Notes under the pieces: model-generated
Told to the model about the DNA's origin: nothing
Database searches by the model: none
What the model saw: only the letters and a program-made list of their open reading frames with translations
Source of the DNA: a virus
Direction: 5' to 3' (one strand)
IMG/VR virus record: IMGVR_UViG_3300025133_000022
Coordinates: 128,538 to 192,537 of that record
Length of the DNA: 64,000 nt
Shown here: positions 19,517 through 32,500 of the stretch, in pieces
How positions within the stretch are numbered: position 1 is the stretch's first letter
Layout of the letters: each line of letters starts with the position of its first letter
Made by a program: the position numbers and the translations under genes

Positions 19517-21114
19517 CAGTAACTAACCTCCACTTGGCTATACTGAGAACGCAACAGCACTTGACCAAGCCGTACATCTGCAAGCCAGACATCTGCCACT
19601 TCTTCAAATAAATATACCTTGGTTGCGTCAGCTACTGCAACATATCCTTCTTTACTGAAAGACATACCTATTGGGTTCAACACAGTCGTATCAATTGTTC
19701 TTTGAGCAACCAAACGACTAGCCAGTACGGCAGTCGTACTTGTAGTAGTGTCTCTGGAAGTGACGGTTGTGCAACTGTACTCCCATTGACCCACCTGATC
19801 GTACTCAGTACTAAATCTAAAATCATTCCAGGTATTCTCAGCACGCTGAGCGTCTGGGTTGGGTGCAACGATCCAGGCTGCAGTTGTGCCCCAAGTGGTC
19901 TTATCTGTCTGCAAGTATTCAATCGTTGCGTCAGGTGCTAGACGCTTGATCTGGATCTTGACAATACCATTCCTATTGCGAACAAAATCAGTATAAACGA
20001 ATTCAGCATCTCCGAACTTTACTCGATGACGAAGAGGTACCAGCTCCAAATGGGTTCTCGGCGTTTCAACATCAGCGCTCTCTACATAGTCAAACGTCGA
20101 GAGCTCATGATCATAAACGTGCAACCTCCCCTGGGCATCCAAGACATACAGCTTGGATGTCTCATGATTGATCGCCAAATCAATTGCTGTGTACGGGTCT
20201 CCAGAAGAGTCCAAAAGGACTACTTCAGCCAGGATCTCAGTGTTGTCCGGAGCTACAATCGACGGCCGACGGTATTCTTCGCCAAGCTTCAACCGCTCTG
20301 AACTATATTCGACGTAAGAATACGTAATGCTATCAACTACCTGAGTAGATAGTGACAGTCTGAGCTGACCCTCAAAATCATCAAAAACAGCAGATCTGTA
20401 AGGATCTGTTTCAAAAGCGTTTTGCTGAGCAAACCAACTAACTATAGTGTCACCATCGAAACCTTCAAGAACAATCTCGGTAACAGTTTTAAAAATATTA
20501 CGTGTATAAAACACGCCATCATCAAGTATCCGAATGTACTCTCTGCACTTCCTGTCGTTTTCGTCAGTGCCAGCAACCTGTACAACATGCCTGCCAGTGT
20601 ACTCTCTGTCTTGAGTAGCATTAGATCGGCTATAAAAAGTACTGTTTTCTACTACAATGCAAAGCCTTTCTGGCTTTGGTGGATCAGTTGTGACGTGCGG
20701 AGAATTGCTGTTCCAAACTTGAAAAGTTGAGTAAGAGAAATCTGTCACCTCAAGAAGACGATCTGGTGGCGCATGCAGAAATTCAACAACTTCTGCAACT
20801 CGACTACAAGTATAATCAACATTACTATCGGTCCCAACTACAGTTGGATACGAATATTTAGACACGCCAGGACTTGTGCTGGTTTTCGGATATAAATCTT
20901 CATCACTCAAACCAAAAGCCCAAATTCTACCTACACCCAGATATTTCTTAAGGAGTCTAAAGTCTTGAGAAACATTAACACTGGTAATGGTTTGCTCTTC
21001 AAGCATCTCTGAGAAAGTACCAAAAAACCTTTGAGCTACGCTACTGGGGTCTCGTCTAGCCTTAGTCCAGAGAGGAAAGCTATTGGCAATTTGCTGTGTT
21101 CTAAAACCACTCAC
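19516..21114 (-). CDS. Baseplate wedge-associated protein, 532 aa
   Basis: Immediately follows baseplate J, GTG start with GAGG RBS, N-terminus TQQIANSFPLW. Assignment mainly by synteny. Confidence 0.45.
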   Translation of the reverse strand: MSGFRTQQIANSFPLWTKARRDPSSVAQRFFGTFSEMLEEQTITSVNVSQDFRLLKKYLGVGRIWAFGLSDEDLYPKTSTSPGVSKYSYPTVVGTDSNVDYTCSRVAEVVEFLHAPPDRLLEVTDFSYSTFQVWNSNSPHVTTDPPKPERLCIVVENSTFYSRSNATQDREYTGRHVVQVAGTDENDRKCREYIRILDDGVFYTRNIFKTVTEIVLEGFDGDTIVSWFAQQNAFETDPYRSAVFDDFEGQLRLSLSTQVVDSITYSYVEYSSERLKLGEEYRRPSIVAPDNTEILAEVVLLDSSGDPYTAIDLAINHETSKLYVLDAQGRLHVYDHELSTFDYVESADVETPRTHLELVPLRHRVKFGDAEFVYTDFVRNRNGIVKIQIKRLAPDATIEYLQTDKTTWGTTAAWIVAPNPDAQRAENTWNDFRFSTEYDQVGQWEYSCTTVTSRDTTTSTTAVLASRLVAQRTIDTTVLNPIGMSFSKEGYVAVADATKVYLFEEVADVWLADVRLGQVLLRSQYSQVEVSY

Positions 21115-21121
21115 TTAAACC

Positions 21122-22345
21122 TCACGTATAACGAATACTAAGAGTTCCTAAATCAGCATACTCATCTTCATCCATTGAGTAATACGAATTCTCTAAGATA
21201 TCTCTCTCTGTAGTAAGCCCACTGCTAGGACCTTTTCGAATATAAACAGTTTCAAAAACCTGCTCAGGCTTGCCAAGATTAGTAAACCTAATGGTTCCAC
21301 CAGCATAAACACTGAGTTCACGAGTGGCAGCTTTCAAATCTATAGTTCCGCCAATACCTTGACTGCGAAAATGGTTTCTAAGACCACGACGTACGCTGAG
21401 CTCAAACTGACGTTTTTGAGAAGTAGTAAGAGAACTAGTGGTCGCGACTTCCATCTCGATATCTAAAAATACACTAGTTGGTGCAACTGCACGAAGCAGT
21501 GCACCTGGACCTTGAATCTCATTCAAACGAGCCTGCACACCTCTAATCGTATTGTTGTTACTTTGATTCTCAGGACCAACAACAACAACACCTACAGTGC
21601 CAACACCAAAATAACCATTTATAATTCTTGTATCCAGCACCCCTGGTACACGTAAACTTTGTAAATGTAGTTTAGAATTGTTAGAACTAGCCAAAGTATC
21701 ATATCTTCGGCTTAGTCTAAAACGATAATTTCTGTCATGCTCTCTTGGGCGTCCATTCAAGATAGAATAAAAATTGGTCACCAAAAGGCCAGTGCCAGCA
21801 CTATAGCTAGAAAAGCTATGGTTGATTAGCATGCCACCACCAAGATTGCTATTGTTACCAGAAGCAACGGCTCGCACAGGTACAAAGCCTACAGACCTGC
21901 TAGCAAAGAGGGTAACATCTGCAGTGGTTCTGTATCTGATAGAAGCACCAAGGTCATTTTCATTCTCATTGGAAAAGATTTCGGTACCAGCAGGAATCGA
22001 AATATCAGCACTAGCGTTCACACTGCCAAAATCACCACTACTAACGTAGAAAGCTACATTCTGATCTCTTTTCTCCGAAAAAGAATAGGTTTCTGCAAAT
22101 CTAGGCAACCCCATATCTTGTCCAAGCTGATCAAGTTGCTGGCCTTTTGCAGTACTGATCTGATTAGCATAAAAAGCTTTGTTTGCATCATTCCGTGCAG
22201 CAAGAACTTGATCAACAAATACGCTAATAAGCGTATCTGTTTTGCTGTCAGCATCAAAATCAGTAATGCCAGTACGACGAGTAAGCTTGTCTCGGAAATC
22301 TCTAGCCAGCACTAAGCTGTTGGTTCTCTCAGGTAATATTGCCAT
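21122..22345 (-). CDS. Baseplate J-like (gpJ/gp6/gp47) wedge protein, 407 aa
   Basis: TGITDF, ISTAKGQQLDQLG, NGRPREHDRNYRFRL and VPGVLDTRIINGYFGVGTVGVVV are typical baseplate J motifs. Confidence 0.85.
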   Translation of the reverse strand: MAILPERTNSLVLARDFRDKLTRRTGITDFDADSKTDTLISVFVDQVLAARNDANKAFYANQISTAKGQQLDQLGQDMGLPRFAETYSFSEKRDQNVAFYVSSGDFGSVNASADISIPAGTEIFSNENENDLGASIRYRTTADVTLFASRSVGFVPVRAVASGNNSNLGGGMLINHSFSSYSAGTGLLVTNFYSILNGRPREHDRNYRFRLSRRYDTLASSNNSKLHLQSLRVPGVLDTRIINGYFGVGTVGVVVVGPENQSNNNTIRGVQARLNEIQGPGALLRAVAPTSVFLDIEMEVATTSSLTTSQKRQFELSVRRGLRNHFRSQGIGGTIDLKAATRELSVYAGGTIRFTNLGKPEQVFETVYIRKGPSSGLTTERDILENSYYSMDEDEYADLGTLSIRYT

Positions 22346-22776
22346 CAGTTTCTCAAACTCACTTTGTTGTCTGTAAGGCTGTAACTGATAACCAGTTGAG
22401 TTGCCTCTCTAGTACCCGTGGGTTGGACTTGTACAAATGCCGCAAGTTGCGTTTTGCTAATTGGAAACACTTGAACTGTAAGCTCGTTAGGAGAAAACAA
22501 CCCTCCTCGGACGAGCTCGTTAATAATAACAGTCTCCATTTCAGCTCCAACTTCAGGAGTGTTTGGACGTCCAGCAAATTGTTTTAAATCTGCCCCTAAC
22601 TGAGAATTATTTTTCCAATCGCCTTTCGTGCTTTGTAATTTGGCTTCAATCTTCTGCAAGGCAGACTGCAAATTCTCTTCAGAAGTATCTTTAAGATCTG
22701 TGTCACGAGAATCAAGCATAAAATCACCAGAATCAATCCAGCGAAAATCATTCATACGCCGTAGTTTAGTACTCAT
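22345..22776 (-). CDS. Baseplate wedge/sheath initiator (gp25/gpW-like), 143 aa
   Basis: Size, position directly before gpJ, and the pattern L.ST.GDW.....LGADL..F.G.PN. Confidence 0.7.
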   Translation of the reverse strand: MSTKLRRMNDFRWIDSGDFMLDSRDTDLKDTSEENLQSALQKIEAKLQSTKGDWKNNSQLGADLKQFAGRPNTPEVGAEMETVIINELVRGGLFSPNELTVQVFPISKTQLAAFVQVQPTGTREATQLVISYSLTDNKVSLRN

Positions 22777-23144
22777 TAGAAACCTGCCATGCTGGTAGCA
22801 ATAGCGGCTACCTGCTGAATGGTAGGGAGCTGCTCAAGGAGCGGAGGGACAATGATTTGATTTGGAAATGGTGTAGCCACAGTGCTTGGAATCATAGTCA
22901 GAGGCCAAGGAAGGTCTTGAATCATGCCGGCGTATTTCATATTGTGACTTAAGCCTTGAATATTTATTCTAGAAGGAGTGCCGCCAGACAGGGTTAAGCT
23001 ATCTTCCTTAACTCCAATAAAGCTTTTACCACCTACACCAATGCGCACTTCACCAGGGTCCCCAAGCAAACTGATGTGAGCTTCCACATCCCCAGTTTCG
23101 CTCCAATAACTCATGCGCCATGTTTTTTGCGGTCTCGTACTCAT
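22776..23144 (-). CDS. Putative baseplate spike/tip protein, 122 aa
   Basis: Short beta-strand repeats (EVRIGVGGKSFIGVKEDSLTLSGG) between hub and gp25-like genes; synteny-based. Confidence 0.4.
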   Translation of the reverse strand: MSTRPQKTWRMSYWSETGDVEAHISLLGDPGEVRIGVGGKSFIGVKEDSLTLSGGTPSRINIQGLSHNMKYAGMIQDLPWPLTMIPSTVATPFPNQIIVPPLLEQLPTIQQVAAIATSMAGF

Positions 23145-23569
23145 ATAAAACTCACTACGTCAAAGACACCAGTACCACTGCTATTTCGCAGCGGCTTAGT
23201 AGGCTCACCTAACAGCACAAGGCGTCCCTCTTCCGGTCGAAGTCCATTATACATGATTGTACCTCGAACACCTTCTAAAAGAACAGCATTTCCATGAGTC
23301 TTTAAAATCTCAGCTTCACTAGCCATAAAGGGGACATAGAATTTCCTTTTAGATCTTAAAGCTTGGACCTTAGCCACCATAGTGCCAGGCTCTCTTTTGA
23401 CAAGATGTGCAATTTCTGCAGGAACTCCATCCTTATCAAGTGCATCTGCATCATAAACCTGCAGTACCACTACCTCAATAACAGTACGCCCAAGTGCTTG
23501 AGGGCGCTTGGATAGCAATCTGTTTTGTCGAATTCGCTCCTGTAAGGCATTCCCTGGAATAACTGACAT
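23141..23569 (-). CDS. Putative spike-base (OB-fold-like) baseplate protein, 142 aa
   Basis: Directly downstream of the hub; beta-rich (IEVVVLQVY, MVAKVQAL). Synteny-based. Confidence 0.35.
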   Translation of the reverse strand: MSVIPGNALQERIRQNRLLSKRPQALGRTVIEVVVLQVYDADALDKDGVPAEIAHLVKREPGTMVAKVQALRSKRKFYVPFMASEAEILKTHGNAVLLEGVRGTIMYNGLRPEEGRLVLLGEPTKPLRNSSGTGVFDVVSFI

Positions 23570-26500
23570 TAGCTCTCCCCTGTTAATTCAGCATAAAGCT
23601 GTTTGTTTTGATTCCAGACATCACTGTTTGCATCAAAAGTTCTTTTCAAATGTTCGTTTCTGCGCCAAGCGTGCTTGCCGTAGAGTCTCCAAATATCTGT
23701 AAGATCTCTAGTGCCGTCTAAAGTATCTTCAACCCAGCGACCAAGATCGCCCTTGAAGTTATTCCAAATCATACTAGGGTCAGTTAAATTCACACCACTA
23801 ACAATTGGGTTCCCATTCTTCATAAGAGGGACAAGCATAATGGAGTCACCACGAAGAGCCTGCAAGAAGAGAATTGGACTGCCTAAAAGCCAAGTGAGTG
23901 ATGGAGTAAGCCTGTTTCCAGCGAAAACAGCTCCACCGGCACCCAATATACCCATGACCCCCATGGCTGTGCCACTTTGCATGCGCAAGAACTTAGGAAC
24001 AGTTTTCCCAGCAGCTCCAAATACCCAAGGAATACCCTTGAGAGCAAGAGCACCTGTAGCAACACCGAGAGCGCCGCCAGTAAACTGGGTCAAGCCCCTT
24101 TTGACACTTCCAAGCTCATCCTCAATCTCCCGAATCTCTTCTAAATCACTTTTTCCAGTCTTCGGATTAGCAAATGGATCAAATGGTCGCAATTCAGCAG
24201 CTCTTTCTTCCAGATATTTGCGATATTCTGTAGCTGCATGTGGGGTTCCTAAATCTAAGGCTCCTTGCAAGCTACTTGAATCGTTTCCAGCACCAAATCC
24301 AAGAACCCAGTCCAAGAACCGAAAGCGTGCACCTGGATCTGTAGCACCAAGACCTTCATACTGATCCTCAACATCTCTAACAGCCAGTGCAGCAACCTTG
24401 ATGGCTTCTAGAACTGGCCACGAACTAGTTTCATTAGCTATTACCATTGCAGATGGTTTTATCTCACTGATAAAACCAGTCTCATGACTGAACTGATGTA
24501 CAATCTGTTCGACTTCGAAAGGTCCTACCATGTCATTGTAACTATCAGACAAGATTCCAACATCCCAAGGACGAATTCTTGGATTACCAAGAATTACAAT
24601 CTCACCTCGATACATTTCTCGCATGGTGTGAAGCAAGGAACCAACACCATAACGCATAGCCATTTGGTATCCTCGCACATTGTAGCTTGGCTGTAATGGA
24701 AGGACCCTTAAGTCATGCTCCGGTATGAAAGCATGTGCTTTAAACATGGCGCTAGACGCCGGCGAATCTCCAAACTTTGCGTTTTCTTCAAAGTAAGTGA
24801 CATCAACAGCATTATGCACAGCATTTTCGCTACTCATTAAGCCATTCCAAACAATATCATGCTCACTAGTTACGCTATGGTAGCGTCTAAAAGGTTTGAA
24901 ACGCAGGTTCAATGCTCTTAGATACTCCTTCATCGCTCTAGGTGTATATGTCAGCTGAGACAAGCTGCTTTTTATTTTGTCAACATCAACAGGATCTGTC
25001 TCGTAAACTGTTCCCGTTGTGATTTCAACGGGAACAGACTGCTGTGTGGCAGGATCATTTACATAAACGGTATTTGTTACCATATCATTAGCGCTGTTGC
25101 GATCAACACTAGCAGCAACAATAGCCTCTTCATCTAGGTTCGCATCAAAATCTTCAAGAAGCAGACTTGTATAACCATCGTCAACAACATCACCATACAG
25201 TCTGCGATATTCATTCATGTCAACAGAGCTATTTCCAAGAACCTCATTTAAATCATTTGCTCTGCGAACAAACTCATTATCTCCTGGCTGACTCCAGTAG
25301 CGCTGACTTGGAACTCCAAAGAACATCGTATACCTAAACGCATGACCATAAGGTCTTGCAGCGTAAATCCAGCCTGGGTGCCGTAAGCTCATTTCATGAA
25401 AAACGTCCCAAATGGTTGTACTAATCAATCGAAAACTACAGGAAGCTGGCGCAACTCGCTTATCCAGTGCAGGTTTGTTGCCAAACCAACGTGCAGCTTG
25501 GTAGCCAAGTTCGTCATCTGTGACAAATGCACTAACACCAGTTTTTACCACCCACATCTTCATATCTTCCCAGACTTTTGTCCAAGACTTATCATAAATT
25601 TCCATATAGTCTTTTGGGTGTGGGGGAAACAGATTGTCATCTTGAGGACTGAGAAATAGCGAAACTTGCTTTTGTCGAAAATAAGCTTTAATCCTACCAA
25701 CAGAGGCATCGTAAAGCTCACTAAATGCCCAATCAAGACCAGCAAGAGGCAGGGCTGAAATAGAAACGCCACCAACCAGCAAAGGCGCGCGATACCAAAT
25801 ACCACCCCAGACTCTAGAGATAGGTTTGATACCAACAGAACGCAACAATCCAACGCTTTGGCCAGCAATTTGTTGCATTGGGTGACTCATCCACTGACCT
25901 TTAAGTACTAAGTTCGCTATTTCAGCATCTGCTTTAGCAAGAGCACGAGCTGCATCGTCAATAGAACCTACTGCAGCTCTTCGAATCGCATTTGCCTGAA
26001 TTCGCTGACTCTCTCTAACTAGCGCTCGACCGGCAGTGCCACCAGCATCACGCAAAGCCATTCCGCGTAAAGCCTGCTGGTTCTTAACAAGTCGACTAAC
26101 AGCCCTAATGTCTGCTTGCACAACTTTGTTTGCAACAGTAGTAGCAACACCAATACGCTTGCCAACAATATTGGTAAGGGCACTGCGATAAAACGCAGTG
26201 CCAGGCCCATTGACCCCAAGCGTACCAAGCCACTTGGATACCCAGCTGAAATTTTTCACACCTCTGGTAGCAACAGCTCCAGTTCTTGCCAGACCTGCAG
26301 CAGGACGCAGAAGGCGACCAACACCTGGAATCCTACCAAGAACTGCAGCACCACCAATAGCAAGAGTCGCCGTGATGATCGGATTGTTTAACATCCAGTC
26401 AGTGACCCTGTTCGTCGCTTTGAATGCGCCTAAGAAACCTTTGCGACTGTAATCAACGAAATCCAATCGAGCATCCTGACCCTCACCAACTTGATACAGT

Positions 26501-29500
26501 TGGCCAAACTCCCATCGCCCAAAATGCTGAAGTTCTGGCTCCAACATCATGGCTCCTAGGAGCTGGTGAGTAGTCGCAAATGCACGACTGTCGTTAGCCG
26601 CACTGGTTCCCTTTATGGCTTGCTGCAATTCGGTACCAAAGCTTTGAACAAGAATTTCTGCTCTATCTCCACCCTGATTCCAAGTGACGTCTACGACACG
26701 GCCGTTAATCAAAACTTCTAGCAGATCAGGATCATTGCTATAGCCAACTCTTAGCTGTACATTTAGTCCTGGTCGAAGAACCAAAGCGCCAAAAGGTTGG
26801 TCAAGAGCACTTCCCTCATTGACAGAATCTCCACTAAGCTTACTAGCTTCCCCTGGAATATTAATTTTGCTGGAATCTGAAAAATAGTCCAAATCTACAA
26901 CAGCATCACGCTTGGTGCCATCCAGAGTGCCAGCTACGTTTAGTAAACTAACGACAGCATGATCAGCAGGACTTTTTCTATTCTGCTCAACAGTAAAACT
27001 AGTTACGCCATTATAGCTGAAGAAATCATCAAAGTTGAGAAGCCGACTCTCAAACTCATCTTCTTCAACAAAGAAAAGCTTAAAGGTAGGATAAGCCCGA
27101 GACATTCTGCGCTTGCGACCGAAAATATCATTAGCACTATTCAAAGCCAGCTTGTTTAGCGACTCTTTATTGAACCTATGAGAAGGGTCGGATTCTCGCT
27201 CAACAAGTGTACCCCTTAACCTGTCTGCTAAATTCTCAGGAATTTCTTTCTGGTCAAGATAGCCACTACGACTACCAAACATCTGATCTACAGATGCTAC
27301 TGCATCCTGAAGCTCATTATATTGAGCCGCAGTAACACGACGCGGATACTGTACCCCGCCACCCTGACCAAAAGCACCTTCAAAATTACTTAAACGTACA
27401 TCTTCTACATGGACACTGGACAGAGCTTTGGCTTCTTCTATTGAGATTGACAATTCTGGTTTGGTTGAATCCTTCTCAGTCCCCATGCGTGCTTCTTCAG
27501 CTTCACTCTGCAATGCATCAACAGCATTAGTGATATTGCCAATATGCTCTGAAATCGCTTCGGTACTTTCAGGATTGGGATAAAACGGAAACCCTGTTGC
27601 GCCTTTTTTTCCAGTGTCCGTAGCCTCAGCATTGTAATACTGAGGTAAACTAATGCGATCGTCCGTAGCTGGCTCCTGTACGTACCTGTCACCACTAGGC
27701 TCATAGGAACCACCGCTCTCAATCTTCTTCATGGAGTTGTAGCAATTGCTAACAATATCACCCATAACATCTTGAATAGCAGTAATTACAGTTCTGTTGT
27801 GCGCATCTCCATCTTCATACATGTTCCACATATAAAAATCAGGAGGGCAAGCAGCAATATCTCCGTAATACGGATGATGCGGTAAGTCCATATCAGGTAA
27901 TGCGGGAGAGCCCTGAATGCGCGCTCGCTTGTTCACACGACTGAGCCCCTGAAGGCCAAACGCCTTCAGGACGTCATAATCATTAAGCAAATCACAAGCG
28001 TAGCGTGCAAACAAGCTTTTGAAATATTCAATCTTTTTACTTTCTAAACTGGCTTCTGCGTGCCAAATAAATGGTCCTCCAGGAGGCCAAATGCCCTCCT
28101 GCTTATTAAAAAAGAACCAATCCCAAGACGCTCCATCTGGTAGTAAGATAGGAACAGCAATCTGCCCTTTGGGAATGTCAGATGGCTGAGCAATACCGAT
28201 ATCTTGGTTTTCCTTACTAGCCTCACGAATATTGTCGCTTGTAGTACCACGCTCAGTCATAACGTACTTTGGCATATCGAAAAATCTATCAAACTGAAAA
28301 TCACCACAACTTGCAGCTGTTTTCTTAAGCTGCTCAGTCGTACTTGCAAAGACTGGAGAGCCACCCTCTCCAGCAACAGTACCAAGTATATCGCCAAAGA
28401 TAGTGCTACTCACATAGGACTTGAAACGCTCTTCTACAAGATCTCTAACTGGCAATTGCCACATATAATTGTTAGCAATATCAGTTAGAACGTCATCATG
28501 CATCTCAGCCCAAAAATCAGCGTAGATACCACGATCACTATCATTCCATTGGCCAAACTTAGTTTTTAACGCCTTGTCACCACCATTGACAACAGTTGCC
28601 CATATAAAACTTACAGGGCGCTCGACAATAGTGCCAAGAGCACCCCAGCCAACCAAACCACCAGCATAGCCTGCTCCAAAACCTGTCTGTAGTTTTTTCA
28701 AATCAACAGATGTCAAACCGTTCTGCGGATGCCACTGTAGCCAATTTTGATTTTCTACCAAGTGTTCTACAACAGCACCAGTCGCAAGCGACTCTTCTAG
28801 AGGTTTTGTTTGATTAGAAGAACTGGGTCCAGGATATGGATTAACAGCAGCAACAGTAGCTAAGTAGAGCTGATAGCCCTTGAAAAGATTTGGCTGCACA
28901 GGTAGCTCGTAGAGTTCGTCCTGCACAAAATCAATAGTATTCCCGCCTGCCTGCACTGTGCCATAAGCAAGTTGGTCGTCAGACTCAGCAAGAATAGCAC
29001 TAGCAGTCTGAATTGTCTTATGAATCATTGTCCAATAGTCAAGAATCTTCTCCATCGGAACTTTACCAAGAACTTGCGTATCTTGGCTTGCCTGAAGAAG
29101 AGCACTAATGTCAAATTCCTTAGGGGTAATGTTTTCATCCGGAACTGAAGAAGCTGTAGGGGCAGCTACAGGTCTGCCCTCCTTGGCCACTTGGGCGTAA
29201 GCTGCTCTCCAAGCATCGCCTTGATGCCCACCGGCACCACCGCTTTGCGGAACACCACCAAACACCTGGTCTAAGGGAACTGCGTTCAAATTAGAAAAGA
29301 TAGAGGATTCTGGCAAAGATGTGCCAGCACCAACAATATTGCCAATACTGTCTGGGCCATTAGCCAAAGAACTGAAGTCATCGCCAAAAATAATCCAGTC
29401 ATTATCACTCTTGTCTCTGTAAAGAGCCACATTATCATCTTCTACCAAGAGTGGCGATGTGACGTACGACAATTCGAACTGACCAAATTCATCCGACTCT

Positions 29501-32500
29501 TGGCGATATGTGTTAGCACCAGCAAGCTGAGCAATGAGTACTTGCTGAAGTAACTCAGCTGCCTCATCTTTGAAAGCTAATTTGTAAACTGCATTTAAAA
29601 CTTTAGAATATGCAACTTCTAAATCCTCTACTGCAGGAGCTGTACCATTAATAGCCTCACCAACGTAAGGGTTAGTTTCAGACAGTTCAATAGTATGACA
29701 ACTCATGCCAGGATGTCCTTGCACAGTCATACTGTTACTACGAGTAACCATAGCACGCCTAAGGACTTCGATATCTGCAATTACTGGCTCTTCACCAGCT
29801 TCCGTGACGTTGTTGTACGTAGCAATCTGAATGTCATCAGGAGAGAAAGTACCCAAGAGCCTAGTAACAAAACTATCCACAGCGACACACCAACTATCCG
29901 TAATGCCACGAAAGTTACGTGCATTCGCATGCAGCAACCCTCGCATCGCAAGCAGCACTTCAGTCTGCTTGCTGACACCTGCAAGTCTTTGTGTGCCACT
30001 ACCCTCGAAATCCACAGAGCAAAATTCGAAACTGTAAAACGGCTCAATGCTACCCAAATGCTGTTGGGTAGGAAACTCATACCCAAGAATAGGAATATTT
30101 GCCACTATGTGACGAAGACCGCCAGCAACAGCAGTGAGAACAGTAGGGTCAGAATAAAAGCCTTTTTCAAGTTGTTCTTCGTTTCCAGGCCCAACTAAAA
30201 GCTTGTGGTGCTTCCACCACACATTAGTAATCTTGCTGTCACGATCATAATACAGCCAACCGTCTCTCCAAAGATTGTCTAAGATCTGACCAACAGACTG
30301 AAGCTCTTCGTTGCTGATATTGCCTTCTTTTGCTTCTTCTGCAATGTCTTCCTTGACAGTTGTTTGAGTAGGAGTTGTGAAAGAAGGGCTGGCAGTTAGT
30401 TCATAACTTCCAGCAACACTGGTCTCCAAAGGACCACTTAAGTCCACGGGGACCATGCGACTAGAACGTTTCCAATCCTCTTTTAAAGCTGGAGTACCAG
30501 TCCATGGCGGATCAATACCTACTCCAAGATCTTCACTTTCCCAATATTCAAAATGAAGATGAGTTTGGTAATGCCAAACACTACTTCTCTCTCCACTTGG
30601 ATTGTCCCAGAAATTCTGATTAGAAGTTCTGGATATGTACTGATATCCATTAGAGCCAGAGGTCAGATATTCTTTTCTAGCTTCTACTATAGCATTGGCT
30701 TTAAATGCTTCATTCATAGGGCCACTACCACTCATCCAGCCAATGAGTGTTCCGGCAGGAATCTCCTCTGTGGCGTTAAGTGAATTCATTGCGGCTTCAG
30801 AAACACCACCAAGATGCATATACATACTCAGGTTGTTCCCATGAGACATTTGTATATAATTGCCCGCACTAGGAGCTTCGACATAATACCAAGCATTACG
30901 ATACTTGATAGATTTAACAAACGAGCCAACGGGGAACGTTTCCCCAAATTCTCTAGTGACATTCGCTCCTCGAAAATTAACTTCTGGAACGATAGCCTTG
31001 ATGCTGACTTCAAAATCTTCCTGATCGAAAGGCAACGAAGTAAGCTCTGTGTCATTCAAGTACGCAAGTTTCCAACTCCCACCACTAGAAGAATCCGTCA
31101 ATTGAATATGACTGACAGTACCTGCCTCAACAGCATAAATAGGCACTAAGACGTCTGGCTTATTTCGATCACGATCACCTGCACCAATGTCAGTACCCCA
31201 GTGCATACTTCCACCAGTTGGGCGGCCTGCCAAACGAGATCGAGTAGCTGCAGAACGCCAATGGACAGTATCTGTAACGCGCACTTCATCAACAGGCATG
31301 GGTACATCTTCGTTAGAGTAGCCTACTGGTGACACACGAGGACTGCCATCTTTACCGAGAGCGCTACTGAAACGTCTACGTACTTTAACTCTGTCTACAT
31401 GAAAAGTGTCAGTGGGATCAAAACGCAATTCCCAACCATCTACCTCAGTACCACCTGCGGACGGTAGCTTGTCCTTGGCAACACGTAACGTCTCTTTGTG
31501 CGCATCACTAATCATACCGGTCCACTCCGCTGGAAGCCTAACTTCCTTGTACGCAAAGAAGTGAAACAGTGCACCACCATGAACACTGTTCATCTTTGCA
31601 ACAATGCCATTTCTAAGGAGCTTCCATTCGCGATACAACTCTTCAGTACTTGCTGGAGGTCCAGAATGCAAACCAAAGGTATGTCTGTCATTGCGATACA
31701 AAACGGCACTAAACAGCGCTCCCCAAAGAGTGCTGGTTAGAATCTCTTTCTCAACATCAATAGAGAAAGCTTTCATAAGGGCATCTCGTTGCAACAGGTT
31801 GATATACCTAGTATAGATGCGTGATTGCGCTGGACGTTGAACAAATTCTGATTGAGCCATTTTGTCAGGCAAGGGGAGAAGATCAAAAATCTCCCCTTGG
31901 TGAAACTCTTCCATCTGTTCAATAGTCAATTCTTGACGATCTTGATACTGACCTTGAACAGCACTCCAAGAACGGATCTCATTATCAGAATTACCAAGCT
32001 TCGGCAGAATAGTGTGTTTTTGTTTTTTTTGACCAGCCTTCGCATCCCATCCAATAGTGGTTTCAATACCACTGCCTTTTGTATGCGAAGTCTCACCTGT
32101 AACTGGAAGCGTATGCCAATCTTTACGATAGAGCCAATTGTGAACATATGGAAAATAATTAAACCAAGTAAGATCTAATTGCATAATCCATGTGTCGCTG
32201 CTGCCCTGCATGGGCGCAACATTCAAACCAGTCATAGTAAACGCCATGGCCTGGCTGTAGGGCCAGTGTGGCACAATCGTTTCTCTAAGGAAACGATTTT
32301 CAACATAACAGAAAGGACTGTGTCTAAATTCAACAACCAGTCTATGCATATCTAAAACCATAGGACCTGTGAAGGGAATGGTGATGCTTACAGCCACCTG
32401 CCCATGTCCGCTTGGAACTTTGGTTGTCGCGCGCTGACGCAGTGCTCTCCACTGCCAAACCAAATCTTCAATCTGAATATCAATGTTCGTTGGCGGAACT

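Noticed and set aside
23711-24364. 217-aa plus-strand ORF
   Set aside because: Antisense to the hub C-terminus; Pro/Ser-rich mirror of Gly-rich codons; no RBS or motif.
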